IMG/VR virus record: IMGVR_UViG_3300032212_000030
Span: 1-45,103 of that record
Direction: 5' to 3' (one strand)
DNA from: a virus
Lineage: Duplodnaviria > Caudoviricetes
Length of the DNA stretch: 45,103 nt
In this document: piece after piece, positions 19,077 to 29,303 of the stretch
Layout: each line of letters opens with the position of its first letter
Position numbering within the stretch: the stretch's first letter is position 1
Notes under the pieces: generated by a model
The model's input: the letters and a program-made list of their open reading frames with translations, nothing else
What the model was told of the DNA's origin: nothing
Database searches by the model: none
Translations under genes and position numbers: made by a program

Positions 19077-19484
19077 CTACCCTTTATACATTTGGGTAGC
19101 AAGTCTCTCACATCGTGCTGGTGTTTGTTGATACCATTTTGAGTCCATCATCTCTTTAGATGCTGTCTTAAAATCTAAACGGTCAAGAGCTTCCCACATC
19201 TTTTTAAACTTTAACACACCAGTTACACCTAGTTGATAGGCCATATTAGCTAGAACATCCTGTCTCACTGAGTTGATGTTCTCAACAATAGGTTTAGCAG
19301 AGATTAGACCTTTAATCTTATTCTTTAAACGTATCTCTAATAGGGCGTGAGCCTCTTCTCTTGAGATACCTTCTTTAAGGTTGGTACCAAAACCAATAGT
19401 AAGAACACCTAATGTGTCCTTATAAACATGAGAGCTGAAACCCTCTTCCTCTTTAATACTGTTGATTAGTGCTTGAGTTATCAT
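19077..19484 (-). CDS. Endolysin, GH24 (T4 lysozyme-like)
   Basis: E-x8-D-x5-T triad (EGFSSHVYKDTLGVLT), NMAYQLG, DSKWYQQTPAR. Confidence 0.9.
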   Translation of the reverse strand: MITQALINSIKEEEGFSSHVYKDTLGVLTIGFGTNLKEGISREEAHALLEIRLKNKIKGLISAKPIVENINSVRQDVLANMAYQLGVTGVLKFKKMWEALDRLDFKTASKEMMDSKWYQQTPARCERLATQMYKG

Positions 19485-19497
19485 TTATCATCATCCT

Positions 19498-20013
19498 TTA
19501 GGGTTTAGCTTTAATAGCGATATGGTCATCAATCTTTTTTTCAACGATACTGATGTGAGTTTTGATATCATCTTCATTACCGTCTGTTAGGTTTAAAATA
19601 ATACCTAATAGGAAAGCAGAAACTAACCATACGATACCAAAGGTACGGTATAGTTTAGTGATTTCTCTATCCGTATATTCTGAAGATTTACTCGTGGTAT
19701 CGTCACACTTATCAGGAATAGCTGTAAGAAGTGCCTCAATCTTTTTTGCGAGTTCTTTATCGTTATCTTTAATCTCAGAGATTTCTTTTTTTCTGTCATC
19801 AACACGACTATCTAAACGTTTGATATTTTGCAAGGTTTCTTGATGTTCCAACCGTCTATCTGTCTCAGCTTTAAGTAGCTCTTGAACACTAAACTGTAAG
19901 GTATCTAGTTGGTTAGTAGTACCTTTAACGGCTTCAACCAAACTACCAACATTAGAGGATAGGTTTCCAAGATAGAGTATGAGGTCTTTATCATCTTCAT
20001 TAATTGCTGGCAT
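19498..20013 (-). CDS. Coiled-coil protein with C-terminal TM (lysis-region, possible holin/regulator)
   Basis: Heptad-like region followed by FGIVWLVSAFLLGIIL. Confidence 0.6.
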   Translation of the reverse strand: MPAINEDDKDLILYLGNLSSNVGSLVEAVKGTTNQLDTLQFSVQELLKAETDRRLEHQETLQNIKRLDSRVDDRKKEISEIKDNDKELAKKIEALLTAIPDKCDDTTSKSSEYTDREITKLYRTFGIVWLVSAFLLGIILNLTDGNEDDIKTHISIVEKKIDDHIAIKAKP

Positions 20014-20033
20014 ATTGGCCCTTTTTTATTTGG

Positions 20034-20042
20034 ATTATAGCA
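20034..20042 (-). promoter_or_regulatory. Extended -10 promoter TGCTATAAT
   Basis: Perfect TGnTATAAT about 20 nt upstream of ATG 20013. Confidence 0.6.
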
Positions 20043-20044
20043 CG

Positions 20045-20341
20045 TTATTCTTTACTTATTTCTTCATTATATTTGTTAATCGCTTCCATTGTGCTTATGA
20101 AGTCTGCTGAACGCTCATAACACGCTTTCTCGAATCGTTTAACACCTAATACTATATTATGGTCAACTAGCCATTTATCGGCTGTTACACGCTTCATAGT
20201 ACCATTAAGGTCTAAGGTGGGTGGTAGTGTCTTAGGTTCATAGTTAGGGCATGGTAAGTATTCAATTTTAGTACAACCACTAAGGGAAAGTAATAGAATC
20301 GCCAATAGCGGTATCATTAAGAGATTTAACTTCATCATCAT
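20045..20341 (-). CDS. o-spanin-like lipoprotein
   Basis: Lipobox LSG-C followed by a Pro-rich segment; overlaps the i-spanin-like gene. Confidence 0.7.
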   Translation of the reverse strand: MMMKLNLLMIPLLAILLLSLSGCTKIEYLPCPNYEPKTLPPTLDLNGTMKRVTADKWLVDHNIVLGVKRFEKACYERSADFISTMEAINKYNEEISKE

Positions 20342-20546
20342 GTTCCTTTTCTATTTTATCTGTAAGTTCTTTATAGACTTTTTGCTTTGTGTAGTTCCCA
20401 TCAAGTACAGCTTTGTTATACACCATGATAGTTTCAAGGTTGATAATCTTTCTCTCTAATCTATCATTTTTGTATTCTTGCCATGCTGACGAACCTAAAA
20501 GACCTAATGCAATAACTAAACCGATTATGCTTTCTGTACTCATCAC
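20280..20546 (-). CDS. i-spanin-like protein
   Basis: N-terminal TM plus helical domain; overlaps the lipoprotein gene. Confidence 0.65.
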   Translation of the reverse strand: MMSTESIIGLVIALGLLGSSAWQEYKNDRLERKIINLETIMVYNKAVLDGNYTKQKVYKELTDKIEKEHDDEVKSLNDTAIGDSITFP

Positions 20547-20692
20547 TTAACCTTTTTAAATAAATAAAATCTATACGGAATCTGCATAGCTATATATAGT
20601 TTATTATGCCCTTTCATGAAAGAAAAACTTTCTACCACAAACCATAGAAACTCATTTTTAAATTTATTAGGCTTTCTTTGTTTATTTTTCAT
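20543..20692 (-). CDS. Small basic hypothetical protein, 49 aa (not in ORF track)
   Basis: MKNKQRKPNKFKNEFLWF...KKVK*; GGAG RBS; 4-nt overlaps on both sides. Confidence 0.5.
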   Translation of the reverse strand: MKNKQRKPNKFKNEFLWFVVESFSFMKGHNKLYIAMQIPYRFYLFKKVK

Positions 20693-20916
20693 TTGTTTCT
20701 CCATGCTTTTATCATACCAGTTACCTTAGTAATCGAATTAAGCCCAAATGTTAACACAATAAGAGCTATAAGAGCAAATAAGCCAGTAATGAATACTATC
20801 TCTTGATTTGGAGTTTCAGCTCTTATAGCGTGTATATATGCGTAAATAAGAGCTAATGCTAATAGTCTTGTAGTGATTCTATGTCTACCCCATAAATCTA
20901 CGTTTTCATTTTCCAT
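20689..20916 (-). CDS. Putative holin
   Basis: 75 aa, two TM segments, basic C-terminus, in the lysis cluster. Confidence 0.6.
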   Translation of the reverse strand: MENENVDLWGRHRITTRLLALALIYAYIHAIRAETPNQEIVFITGLFALIALIVLTFGLNSITKVTGMIKAWRNK

Positions 20917-21247
20917 ATTTAATCCTATGATAGAGTTTTACAAAGAATATTATTCCTCTTGTAATGATAGTGTGTTTTTCTTTTTCTGCAATTAATAGCA
21001 TTTCTTCTAAAACACAATCTGCTACATCATATAATTCAAGTTCACATAAATGGTCGTGTACTACATAGCAAGGAAGATACTTAGCTTTATGAGGTGTTGT
21101 GAATAACCAAAATATTCTTGGGATATCTCCACCATTTGATACAAACCCTTCCTCTACTTTGATACCATCAAAAATATAATCTTCTAAGACTACAATTTTA
21201 TTATCAATAGTAGATGAATATTTGAGGGTATACATTAAGGTATCCAA
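20906..21247 (-). CDS. DUF1353-like protein
   Basis: GFVSNGGDIPRIFW ... VVHDHLC ... AD. Confidence 0.75.
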   Translation of the reverse strand: MDTLMYTLKYSSTIDNKIVVLEDYIFDGIKVEEGFVSNGGDIPRIFWLFTTPHKAKYLPCYVVHDHLCELELYDVADCVLEEMLLIAEKEKHTIITRGIIFFVKLYHRIKYGK

Positions 21248-21651
21248 ATACTTGCTTGTTGATTACCCGCATCAAACAAAATAGCTCTAAGGTCTATCTT
21301 ATTTAATTGTGTAGCTGTATTATCTTTTGCTACCCACAAGATAGTGGATACATCATCGGGTAAAGCGTTAATGGCTCTACTCATTCTATCTTGACTTATT
21401 TCATCACCTTGAAAGATTAAAGCGTTATAAGTCACTTCAATATTATCTACTAGCTTTTGTCGCTCTGCTTTAAATGCTTCCCTTTCACGTTTAGTAACTA
21501 AGCCAACATCTACAATAGGTGCTGTCGGCTCTGCATCATTCCATAATAATACGTCTTGTGAATCGGGTAATGATTGAACTTCTACTGCTCCATTACCATT
21601 ATCTACATTCCCTACTGCTACTGTACCATCTTCATTTTTACTTATCCACAT
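21235..21651 (-). CDS. Tail fibre assembly protein, DUF4376-like
   Basis: FQGDEISQDRM, WVAKDN; directly after the fibre gene. Confidence 0.7.
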   Translation of the reverse strand: MWISKNEDGTVAVGNVDNGNGAVEVQSLPDSQDVLLWNDAEPTAPIVDVGLVTKREREAFKAERQKLVDNIEVTYNALIFQGDEISQDRMSRAINALPDDVSTILWVAKDNTATQLNKIDLRAILFDAGNQQASIWIP

Positions 21652-24600
21652 TATTTTTTACCTCCAAAGATAATACACGAATTTTCTACTGCGTTTATTG
21701 GTACTAATGATGTATTTGCTGTTCCAAATGAGAATTTATCAACTCTTTTTGCTCCACCCCAATATGCTGATATAGGTGCTGTTGCTCTATCACTTCCTAA
21801 ACTCCAAGAGTAATTATCATTATCTAATTCTTTCTCAAAAATAATATCAAACAACCCAGTAGATGTTCTGATTACATCTTTCACATTATAACTATCTTTG
21901 ATAGTTACTGGTGTTGTAGTCCCATCAAAATTAACCCATGCACTACATTGATTAGCTCCTATTGTGCCTTTTTCAAATTCAACTTCATCATGAAACACAG
22001 CTTTACTAAATTGAACCACATCTGTATCTGCTTGTGTAATATGGCTTACTGTTTCTGTGCCATCAACTACTGCTGTACCTAACTCTGTAAATGTATCTGT
22101 TACTGTGTCGTTTACATCTGTGTAGATTACATTATCTGTGATGTTTAGGTATGGTGTATCGTCTACTGCGAATTGAAAATCTATCTCAGAAAGCCCAACG
22201 TTTAAGCCACCTACTTGTATGGCTGTTACGTCAAGTTTATATGCTAGATATGCTGTTGTGTTAGCAAGGGTGACTTTAGGTTTTTTGTAGAACGCAACTG
22301 TATTAATATTTCCAGTTACACTCTCTAGTGTTGTCCATGTGCCATCTGAATTTAAACCCTTAATTGTATAATCCAAAGGTGTTCTATTTGCTGTACCATC
22401 AGAAGTAAATGAATATGAAATTAAAACTCTTTTTTTAGATAATGAATAAGTTATATTGGCAGTAGTAGACGCAATACTAATCCACCCCGTACTATTAATT
22501 TTATCAAAAACTTTATGTATAGGATAAGTAGCAGATAACTCACTACTCGCACTAACAAAACCAGTATCACTAGCATAAGTACCATGTCTAGCTGTAGTCT
22601 TACCAGTTACAACACCATTAGCATCTAATACATCAACACCCCATTTATCGGCATCAGCTCGATTAAGTCCTGAGTTCAAAGGATAAGGCTGATTAACTAC
22701 TGTTGCATCACCTTTTAAATATACGTGTTGAGTAGTGTTAGCATTACCAGTTCCTACATCAAGTTGAGCTAGTGATGGTGCATCAACTAAAGCTGTTTTG
22801 TTAGCTTCATTTGCTTTGCCATCTGCTAGGGTTGCTTTGATGTTAGTTTTAAAGCCTATGTATTTACCACCTATGGGTTGATTGTAGCTTGGTGTGTGGA
22901 TAATTGCTAGGTAAGTACCATTAAGTGCATTTGAACTTGTTAAAGTGTTATCAATAATAATACCAGTATCAGTGAAAGTAACTTCATGTGCAATCCCCTC
23001 TGCACTTGAAAGATTTGAATATAAAGAGTTTGCCCCACCCCTAACATTATCTTTCTTAACCCAATCACCAACCGCATCTAATCTTTTTAATTTAGCCTTA
23101 GTACCACTATCAGTACAATCCATACCAATATTATTTAAAGCATCATTACCTACATTACCAGTACCTTGATAAGATACTATCTTAGTGTTTGGTGTTTCTC
23201 CATAGTAGTAATCTATGTAGTTTACATTTAGAGCATTTATATTACTATGATTACCATAAGTGAATGTATTTAATGTAGGTTCTGTATCATTCCATATAGT
23301 AGAGCCTAAAGCAGATAATGCTGTAGTATTTAACTGCATAAAATATTTAGCACCGTTAATAAAATCGTAAGTACCCCAGTTAGTTACAGCACCAGTTAAA
23401 GCCTTAGTATAAAGCAATTTAGTTAGCACTCCATTAGTAGGAGCATTAGCACCTGCAACACTATTACCATATCTAAATCTAATTCCGTTACCTTGCACTG
23501 GATTATCGTGAATGATTACTGGATTACCTTGAGAATCTACTTCACATAACGAAGCATGAACACTAGCATCATAAGTTCCCGTACCATCATAAGTACCGAT
23601 TGAGTTAACAACTACATCTCTACCTAAAGCTACATCAAATACTAATGTTCCTGATGTTCTTCTAGTTGTTTGTTCTACTTCTAGTACGTAAGTGGCTAGG
23701 TTTGTATTACAGATTAATGCTGTACCTAATGTGATACTAAAAGGTGAAATAGTTGTAGTTGATTGTGCATCTGTAACCTGAATGGCTGTTGTATTTGAGC
23801 TTATGTATTTGCCTAAACCTTGAATTGAATCAAAGCCCATGTGAGAAGTTGCACCACTTCGACCTTTAATGTTACCTTTATACCCAAACTGATTATCAGA
23901 TAACTTCCAATTTGCACTTGTATCATCAACATCTGCTCTTGGTGAAACACCAGTAGCACCTACAATTTCTACGGTACATTCATAAGGTAAACTATCACCA
24001 GTTACACTTGTATCGTAAACAATAGTACCTACTGCATAAGAGGTGTTGCTCCATGCACTAGCTAAGGTTGTGCCATCCCCATTATCATTAGCAATCTGAA
24101 CACCAGTTGTAGCTACTGTTCGCTCTACACCAGTACCAGTATAAAGAAACTCCGTCTGACCTATTGTTGGTGTAGCGTTTAGGATTAAGGGTTCTTCGGT
24201 TGTGATGTTGTTGACTACCATTGATGAACGATTATCGACAATACTACTGTCAATAGCCAACTCACTTGCTTTAGCATTTGTTTCTGCTAATTCTGCACCA
24301 GCTTGTGCTGTTTCTGCTAGTCCTTGAGCTACAACACTTGCATCCTTAGCCACAACTGAGGCATCTCTAGCTGACTCAGATAACCCTTGAGCTGTTTGTG
24401 CATCAGTAGCTGATTGTAGAGCGTTACCAGCTTGTACGTCAGCATCTAAGACTTCAGCTAAGTTATCTGAGATGTTCTCTAGTCCTGTAGCGTTTGCTCC
24501 AAGTACGGTTAACTCAGCTTCAATCCCAGCTAAAGCTGTCACCTCTGTAGCAATACTCGCTAAAATCGCTGTATCGCTTGGAGAACTGATAAGCTCATCA

Positions 24601-24836
24601 GGATTGTCAGCAACACGAACCTCTAACTTTTTATATAATGTTTGGTCCAGTAGCGTAGTTAATACACAACGGTTATTAATCAGCTCATAACTGTTAACAT
24701 TAATCTCAACCCACGTATCATCAGCTAACAGCTGTACCCATACTGCCATGTGGCGTTTGGTAGCGATGTGTTTAGTAGATGGGAAGTCTCTCACATCTAA
24801 TGATGTACCCTCATAAAAACTTGATTGAATAGCCAT
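21651..24836 (-). CDS. Tail fibre / receptor-binding protein
   Basis: Adaptor-like N-terminus, Ala-rich heptads, YTGTG/YQGTG repeats, discoidin-like domain, C-terminal AWVNFDG domain. Confidence 0.85.
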   Translation of the reverse strand: MAIQSSFYEGTSLDVRDFPSTKHIATKRHMAVWVQLLADDTWVEINVNSYELINNRCVLTTLLDQTLYKKLEVRVADNPDELISSPSDTAILASIATEVTALAGIEAELTVLGANATGLENISDNLAEVLDADVQAGNALQSATDAQTAQGLSESARDASVVAKDASVVAQGLAETAQAGAELAETNAKASELAIDSSIVDNRSSMVVNNITTEEPLILNATPTIGQTEFLYTGTGVERTVATTGVQIANDNGDGTTLASAWSNTSYAVGTIVYDTSVTGDSLPYECTVEIVGATGVSPRADVDDTSANWKLSDNQFGYKGNIKGRSGATSHMGFDSIQGLGKYISSNTTAIQVTDAQSTTTISPFSITLGTALICNTNLATYVLEVEQTTRRTSGTLVFDVALGRDVVVNSIGTYDGTGTYDASVHASLCEVDSQGNPVIIHDNPVQGNGIRFRYGNSVAGANAPTNGVLTKLLYTKALTGAVTNWGTYDFINGAKYFMQLNTTALSALGSTIWNDTEPTLNTFTYGNHSNINALNVNYIDYYYGETPNTKIVSYQGTGNVGNDALNNIGMDCTDSGTKAKLKRLDAVGDWVKKDNVRGGANSLYSNLSSAEGIAHEVTFTDTGIIIDNTLTSSNALNGTYLAIIHTPSYNQPIGGKYIGFKTNIKATLADGKANEANKTALVDAPSLAQLDVGTGNANTTQHVYLKGDATVVNQPYPLNSGLNRADADKWGVDVLDANGVVTGKTTARHGTYASDTGFVSASSELSATYPIHKVFDKINSTGWISIASTTANITYSLSKKRVLISYSFTSDGTANRTPLDYTIKGLNSDGTWTTLESVTGNINTVAFYKKPKVTLANTTAYLAYKLDVTAIQVGGLNVGLSEIDFQFAVDDTPYLNITDNVIYTDVNDTVTDTFTELGTAVVDGTETVSHITQADTDVVQFSKAVFHDEVEFEKGTIGANQCSAWVNFDGTTTPVTIKDSYNVKDVIRTSTGLFDIIFEKELDNDNYSWSLGSDRATAPISAYWGGAKRVDKFSFGTANTSLVPINAVENSCIIFGGKK

Positions 24837-24845
24837 TGTGTATCC

Positions 24846-27539
24846 TTACTTTAATTTCTTACTACGACTGTTATAATTACCCTCGTAGTTTACCGTATTT
24901 ATTCTAAAACCTTTATCAGAGTAGTTACGAACACCTACCTCAACATTTTTAGTATTACCATAGACCATAGGTTTACGATTAACGGTATACTTAGAGGCCA
25001 CTACGCGAGTATCCCCACGGTTTAAGTCATCTACTACTAACTCAAAATCACTATCAACCTCACTAGATATCATAGCGGTCTTAAATTGAACCACCCCTCT
25101 GATATCTTTACCATTAACTGACGGTACCCACTCACCAAAGTTAACATCCGTTTTAATTACTGTTTCATTATCACTGTCGATATCATCTACAAATCGTGTA
25201 GTTAAGTAGTTCTCAGGAGCAATAGGCATTGTTTCAAACTGGTTAGTGGTCACTAGGTCTAATGGACTACCTACCCATAACTTAGTATCATCCCATAATT
25301 TAGCATCATCCCATATACCTGTACCAACAACCCAATCGTCCTCAGTACTTGCTTCATCGCGTTTAATCATGATATTAAAATTCTTACCAAGTGCGAACGC
25401 ATTATAAATAAGACCGTTGAACGCCCATTTAAACCATGCTGACTGATGACGCTCTTGACCTACATCATAATACTTATACACAAAGACTTCACGACTGTTC
25501 TCAGGTGTAAGGAACAACATATTGTTATTAGCACTACCTGACATCTTAACGATGTTTAAAGGTATGTAATTTTTTACATGTGCGGTAATGTCAATCGCTT
25601 CAGATGACACGTTGGTAGCTTTAACTTGGTATTGCATAACAGCGGTGTACTCACCACGTCTTGTACAAAAGAACACCTTATCGTTCATGAATACAGGACG
25701 CACATTACGGTCAATTTCATAAGATGATATCTGAGCTACCTGTACACTAGACGGACTTAACACTCTACCACCAGCTAAACGAAATTGAGCTTTATCAGCA
25801 AAGAGTAAGATGCTATCTTCAAGGTAGGTTGCAAAGTTTAGTTTGATAACCTTAGTACTATCAACAGCAGTATCAATAATATCACTGTCCAAAAGGGTTG
25901 ATGTTGTGGTTCTCCAAAAGTTTCCATACGCTCCAACCTCACTTAAGACAACGGTTCTATCAGTGATGAACCCTAGTCTGTTTTTAAAGAAGAAAATGTC
26001 TTTAATCGTCGGTGCCGAGTTCTCGTTACTATCCACGAAACTTGGTGCCTTATTGGACTTCTCATCTCCAACTAACTTATCGGCCCAACCATCATAAACT
26101 TTAAACGTGAACGTATCGTCAGCGTTCTTAACTAAGATGTGAGGCATGGTTGTAATATCTATCTCACTTGTATCCGCTGGTGATAAAGTCTCAGCCCATT
26201 GTGAGCCGTTGTACTTTAACCAGTAAGTAGTGAACCCTACAGAGCCATCACCTGTTATCTCAACATACGCATCTTGGTGTCCCATGTTTTGAGGTAGGTC
26301 AGTGGCATACGGCATTTTATAGTGCCAAGCTACCATCGCTTGATTACCCCAAGTGTCTGACGCCTGTATGTCTTGGATGTTAAATGAACCAGTTATCTTG
26401 ATGACACTACCAATCGCTACCGCTGTAAAGTTTGCATTAGCAGTGATTGTTGAAGCAAGAGCTGATGCTACAGCTGTAGTGGTTGTTGAAGAGTTTGAAG
26501 CACTTACAGTATTGGAATTAATATCTGTAACAGTTACATCGTAAGTGTAAGCATTTACAGGATTACTACTCTTTATCCAAATGTACGCTGTCTGTAAATG
26601 AACAGCATTTGTAACCTTTACAGTATCGGTGTAACTGGAAACTGTAACGGCTCCTAAATAGTCTGTAGGTGTACCAGCTACTACGGTTCCATTCTTTTGT
26701 TTGAAGATAATGTCAGTACTTACAGTAACGGGGTTACCATCTAAACGCTTAATATGTAACTTCCTATCAGCAGTGGTGAACACCTCATATAAATCTGAGT
26801 CCAAAGAGGTGCGAAGTACATTAAGCATATCAGTTACATAACTACCATAAGATATAGTGTTCATCCACTGAAAAAATAACCAAGTGTTATTAGGATGCAC
26901 ACTATCAATCTTAATCGCCTGACCATCAACCGTTATTGTAGTGAACCCATCCGCTAAGTTCTTAGGATTAAGGCTCACCAAGTGTTTAGGTGCTGTACGA
27001 GCCATAGGATAACCAAAGGAGTTAACACCATCTGTCTCAGGTAACAGTTGTATCTGAGACTCATGTACTGTTATCGTTGAGCCTACAGCGAGTCCTGAGG
27101 TCTTAAGCTCAGGTATCATAGCCTTATTGGAGATGAACGTTGTATCTTTAATCGTAACACTAGCGTACCCATCTTTACCACTAAACGGATGTAGGTAGTC
27201 TTTAGCAGTGCCATCAAACGTAAGCCCACTACCCTCTTTATAGACTTTGCCTGAGAGGACGTTAATTATCTCCATCCCATCAGCTGAGACGTTAATAGAA
27301 AACTTCTCCTCGTTTGTACCAGCAAGTCCACGGTCATACTCGTGCGTCCAAATCTCTTGTTGGTATGAGATAGACGAACTCAGGTTTAATGCTCGTGTTG
27401 GGTTACGTTTAAGTAGCCCTGTGTTGATAGTAGGATAGGCGTTAACCATCTCTTTAACTTGAGTCTGTAGACGATGCTCTGAGGCTTGTTCTGACACACC
27501 ATTATACAAAGACTCTAATGAATTATTGATTAGTCCCAT
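24846..27539 (-). CDS. Tail tubular protein B (gp12-like nozzle); start probably 27539
   Basis: LYNGVSEQ, GLLKRNPT, TMPHILV, FFFKNRLGF, QSAWFKW; AGGTGG RBS. Confidence 0.9.
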   Translation of the reverse strand: MGLINNSLESLYNGVSEQASEHRLQTQVKEMVNAYPTINTGLLKRNPTRALNLSSSISYQQEIWTHEYDRGLAGTNEEKFSINVSADGMEIINVLSGKVYKEGSGLTFDGTAKDYLHPFSGKDGYASVTIKDTTFISNKAMIPELKTSGLAVGSTITVHESQIQLLPETDGVNSFGYPMARTAPKHLVSLNPKNLADGFTTITVDGQAIKIDSVHPNNTWLFFQWMNTISYGSYVTDMLNVLRTSLDSDLYEVFTTADRKLHIKRLDGNPVTVSTDIIFKQKNGTVVAGTPTDYLGAVTVSSYTDTVKVTNAVHLQTAYIWIKSSNPVNAYTYDVTVTDINSNTVSASNSSTTTTAVASALASTITANANFTAVAIGSVIKITGSFNIQDIQASDTWGNQAMVAWHYKMPYATDLPQNMGHQDAYVEITGDGSVGFTTYWLKYNGSQWAETLSPADTSEIDITTMPHILVKNADDTFTFKVYDGWADKLVGDEKSNKAPSFVDSNENSAPTIKDIFFFKNRLGFITDRTVVLSEVGAYGNFWRTTTSTLLDSDIIDTAVDSTKVIKLNFATYLEDSILLFADKAQFRLAGGRVLSPSSVQVAQISSYEIDRNVRPVFMNDKVFFCTRRGEYTAVMQYQVKATNVSSEAIDITAHVKNYIPLNIVKMSGSANNNMLFLTPENSREVFVYKYYDVGQERHQSAWFKWAFNGLIYNAFALGKNFNIMIKRDEASTEDDWVVGTGIWDDAKLWDDTKLWVGSPLDLVTTNQFETMPIAPENYLTTRFVDDIDSDNETVIKTDVNFGEWVPSVNGKDIRGVVQFKTAMISSEVDSDFELVVDDLNRGDTRVVASKYTVNRKPMVYGNTKNVEVGVRNYSDKGFRINTVNYEGNYNSRSKKLK

Positions 27540-27540
27540 A

Positions 27541-28128
27541 TTACAGACCACCTACAATATGGTCAAGACCATATTGTGAGTTAAGCATATTGTAACGTCC
27601 TGTGAACCCATCACTACGTCTAGCGATAATGTGAGCTTCCTCTACATCGTTTTGAGTGAAGCCAAACACGTTTGTATCCATAGCTTGTTGCGCAAGGAAG
27701 AGGCGTGCTGAACGCTTAGTAATGTAGTTACGAATAGGGTGAGTAAGACTGTTAAAGTCAAGGTCCCATATAACGTCTACTGTCTGTGGCTCAGTGAACT
27801 TAGCACTGTTATCTTTACGTGAATAGAGTCTCCAATCACGCATAATAAGGTTGCTATCTACCGATGAAATATCTAACACGTTATCAGGAATAGCGATATA
27901 ACCATCAGAGGTTGGTGGAAACTCAACACCTTTATCTTTATTGAAGTTCCATCCTTCAGACAGGACCTCTTTCTTTGTTTCAATAATTGCTGAGTAAGCT
28001 AGTTGTGCCTCAAGCACATCAGCCAACTCTACATCATCTGCGATAGGGCGTTCTCCAATAGTTTTAAGAAGCGTATTTACAGCGTAGAGTAAAAGCTTAG
28101 ATGAGTCGTTTTGTTGGTCAAGAGCCAT
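27541..28128 (-). CDS. Tail tubular protein A (gp11-like)
   Basis: AVNTLLKTIGERPI, VLSEGWNFN, YITKRSARLF. Confidence 0.9.
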   Translation of the reverse strand: MALDQQNDSSKLLLYAVNTLLKTIGERPIADDVELADVLEAQLAYSAIIETKKEVLSEGWNFNKDKGVEFPPTSDGYIAIPDNVLDISSVDSNLIMRDWRLYSRKDNSAKFTEPQTVDVIWDLDFNSLTHPIRNYITKRSARLFLAQQAMDTNVFGFTQNDVEEAHIIARRSDGFTGRYNMLNSQYGLDHIVGGL

Positions 28129-28139
28129 AACACGTCCTT

Positions 28140-28204
28140 TATATAGTTTTAGAGTGCATAGTTACAGGGGAGGAGGAATATAACTATGCACGAAAAACCA
28201 TATA
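28140..28204 (-). other. Long stem-loop after the capsid gene with a CU-rich loop (processing site or attenuator)
   Basis: Perfect 11-bp stem 28154-28164/28181-28191 plus outer stem; G-U pairs form only on the minus strand. Confidence 0.6.
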
Positions 28205-28214
28205 AGCCTAAGGC

Positions 28215-29141
28215 TTATACGTTCTTAATTGAGATTGCACACTGTGGACGTAGTGGAGCAACACCGTTTGAGAAGTAAGTGTTAATTAACTTAGCGTTAA
28301 GGAACTCAGGTTGAGGGTTAACATCAGTTGTTACATCCCATAACTTAGCCATACCAGCTGACTCAGATGTAAACATAAGACCAATAAGTCCAGCTGTAGC
28401 TGGTAAGTTGTTTGATTTGAACACTGTAGCATTACCAACCATTTTAACATCACCGATGTCAAGACCACCATTGTTAGATGTGTAATCAGCAGAGATGATA
28501 TTTAAAGACTGTGGTAAGAATTGGAACTCAGCTGGTGACATACCAACATAAATCTCACCCATAACGTCGTTAGCTTCCATTGTAGCTACACCAGCATAAA
28601 TAGTCTCTACTAACTCAGCACCACGGTCAAGAGCCACACCTGTGTCAGCTAAACCACCATTAAGTGCTGTATTAACAAGAACAGTACCATTACCATTAAG
28701 TACAAGACCAGTTGCTAAAGAAGATGCTTCAATAACTGCTGAAACTTTACGGTCAATAGCATTTGCAAGACGTGTACCTAACTGACGGATGTTCATCGCT
28801 AGTGTATCGTAACGAGCTACTGCTTCGTTCCATCTGTCAATACGACGTGACTCATACTGTGGACGGTCAAGTGCGATGATGATTTCATCTTGTGTACCGT
28901 TGTTAACGTTAACTTGAGTACCCGCTGGGTATTCTGCTAATGCACCATCATTTGTATCTTCTTTACCTTCAACGATAAATGAACCAGCTGAGACACCCTC
29001 AGGTAATTGGTCAACACGAATTAAATCAACGAAGCGAGTTGTACGCTCGAAAGCCTGTAGAACATCTAATGTGATGTCTCTTAATAAATCTGCTGTAGAA
29101 GTTGTACCCACATTTGGAGTAGTTGCACCTGTGTAAGCCAT
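28215..29141 (-). CDS. Major capsid protein, T7 gp10-like
   Basis: VLQAFERTT, IIIALD, LANAIDRKV, VFKSNNLP, GVAPLRPQCA. Confidence 0.88.
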   Translation of the reverse strand: MAYTGATTPNVGTTSTADLLRDITLDVLQAFERTTRFVDLIRVDQLPEGVSAGSFIVEGKEDTNDGALAEYPAGTQVNVNNGTQDEIIIALDRPQYESRRIDRWNEAVARYDTLAMNIRQLGTRLANAIDRKVSAVIEASSLATGLVLNGNGTVLVNTALNGGLADTGVALDRGAELVETIYAGVATMEANDVMGEIYVGMSPAEFQFLPQSLNIISADYTSNNGGLDIGDVKMVGNATVFKSNNLPATAGLIGLMFTSESAGMAKLWDVTTDVNPQPEFLNAKLINTYFSNGVAPLRPQCAISIKNV

Positions 29142-29287
29142 TGTATATCCTTAATTTTGTTTTGAATTTTGTTAGGTTGTGGTAGCCTATCTAGTTCACA
29201 AAATCTCAGATATACAACGTAATGACGAAGTAGTTTCTTGGATATGTTCCTTTTAGTCAGGCTGTAGCCCAACTAACCTTGTCAAAA

Positions 29288-29296
29288 AGTATACCA
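29288..29296 (-). promoter_or_regulatory. Extended -10 promoter TGGTATACT for the capsid gene
   Basis: Just after the scaffold stop and followed by a 5' hairpin (ttagttgggc-taca-gcctgactaa). Confidence 0.55.
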
Positions 29297-29303
29297 TAAA
29301 TTT

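Noticed and set aside
21651-24836. Diversity-generating retroelement or invertible tail-fibre system
   Set aside because: No reverse transcriptase or recombinase ORF, and no template/variable repeat pair noticed
28129-28240. T7 10B-like frameshift extension of the capsid
   Set aside because: Only 86 nt separate the capsid stop from the next gene, and there is no obvious slippery site
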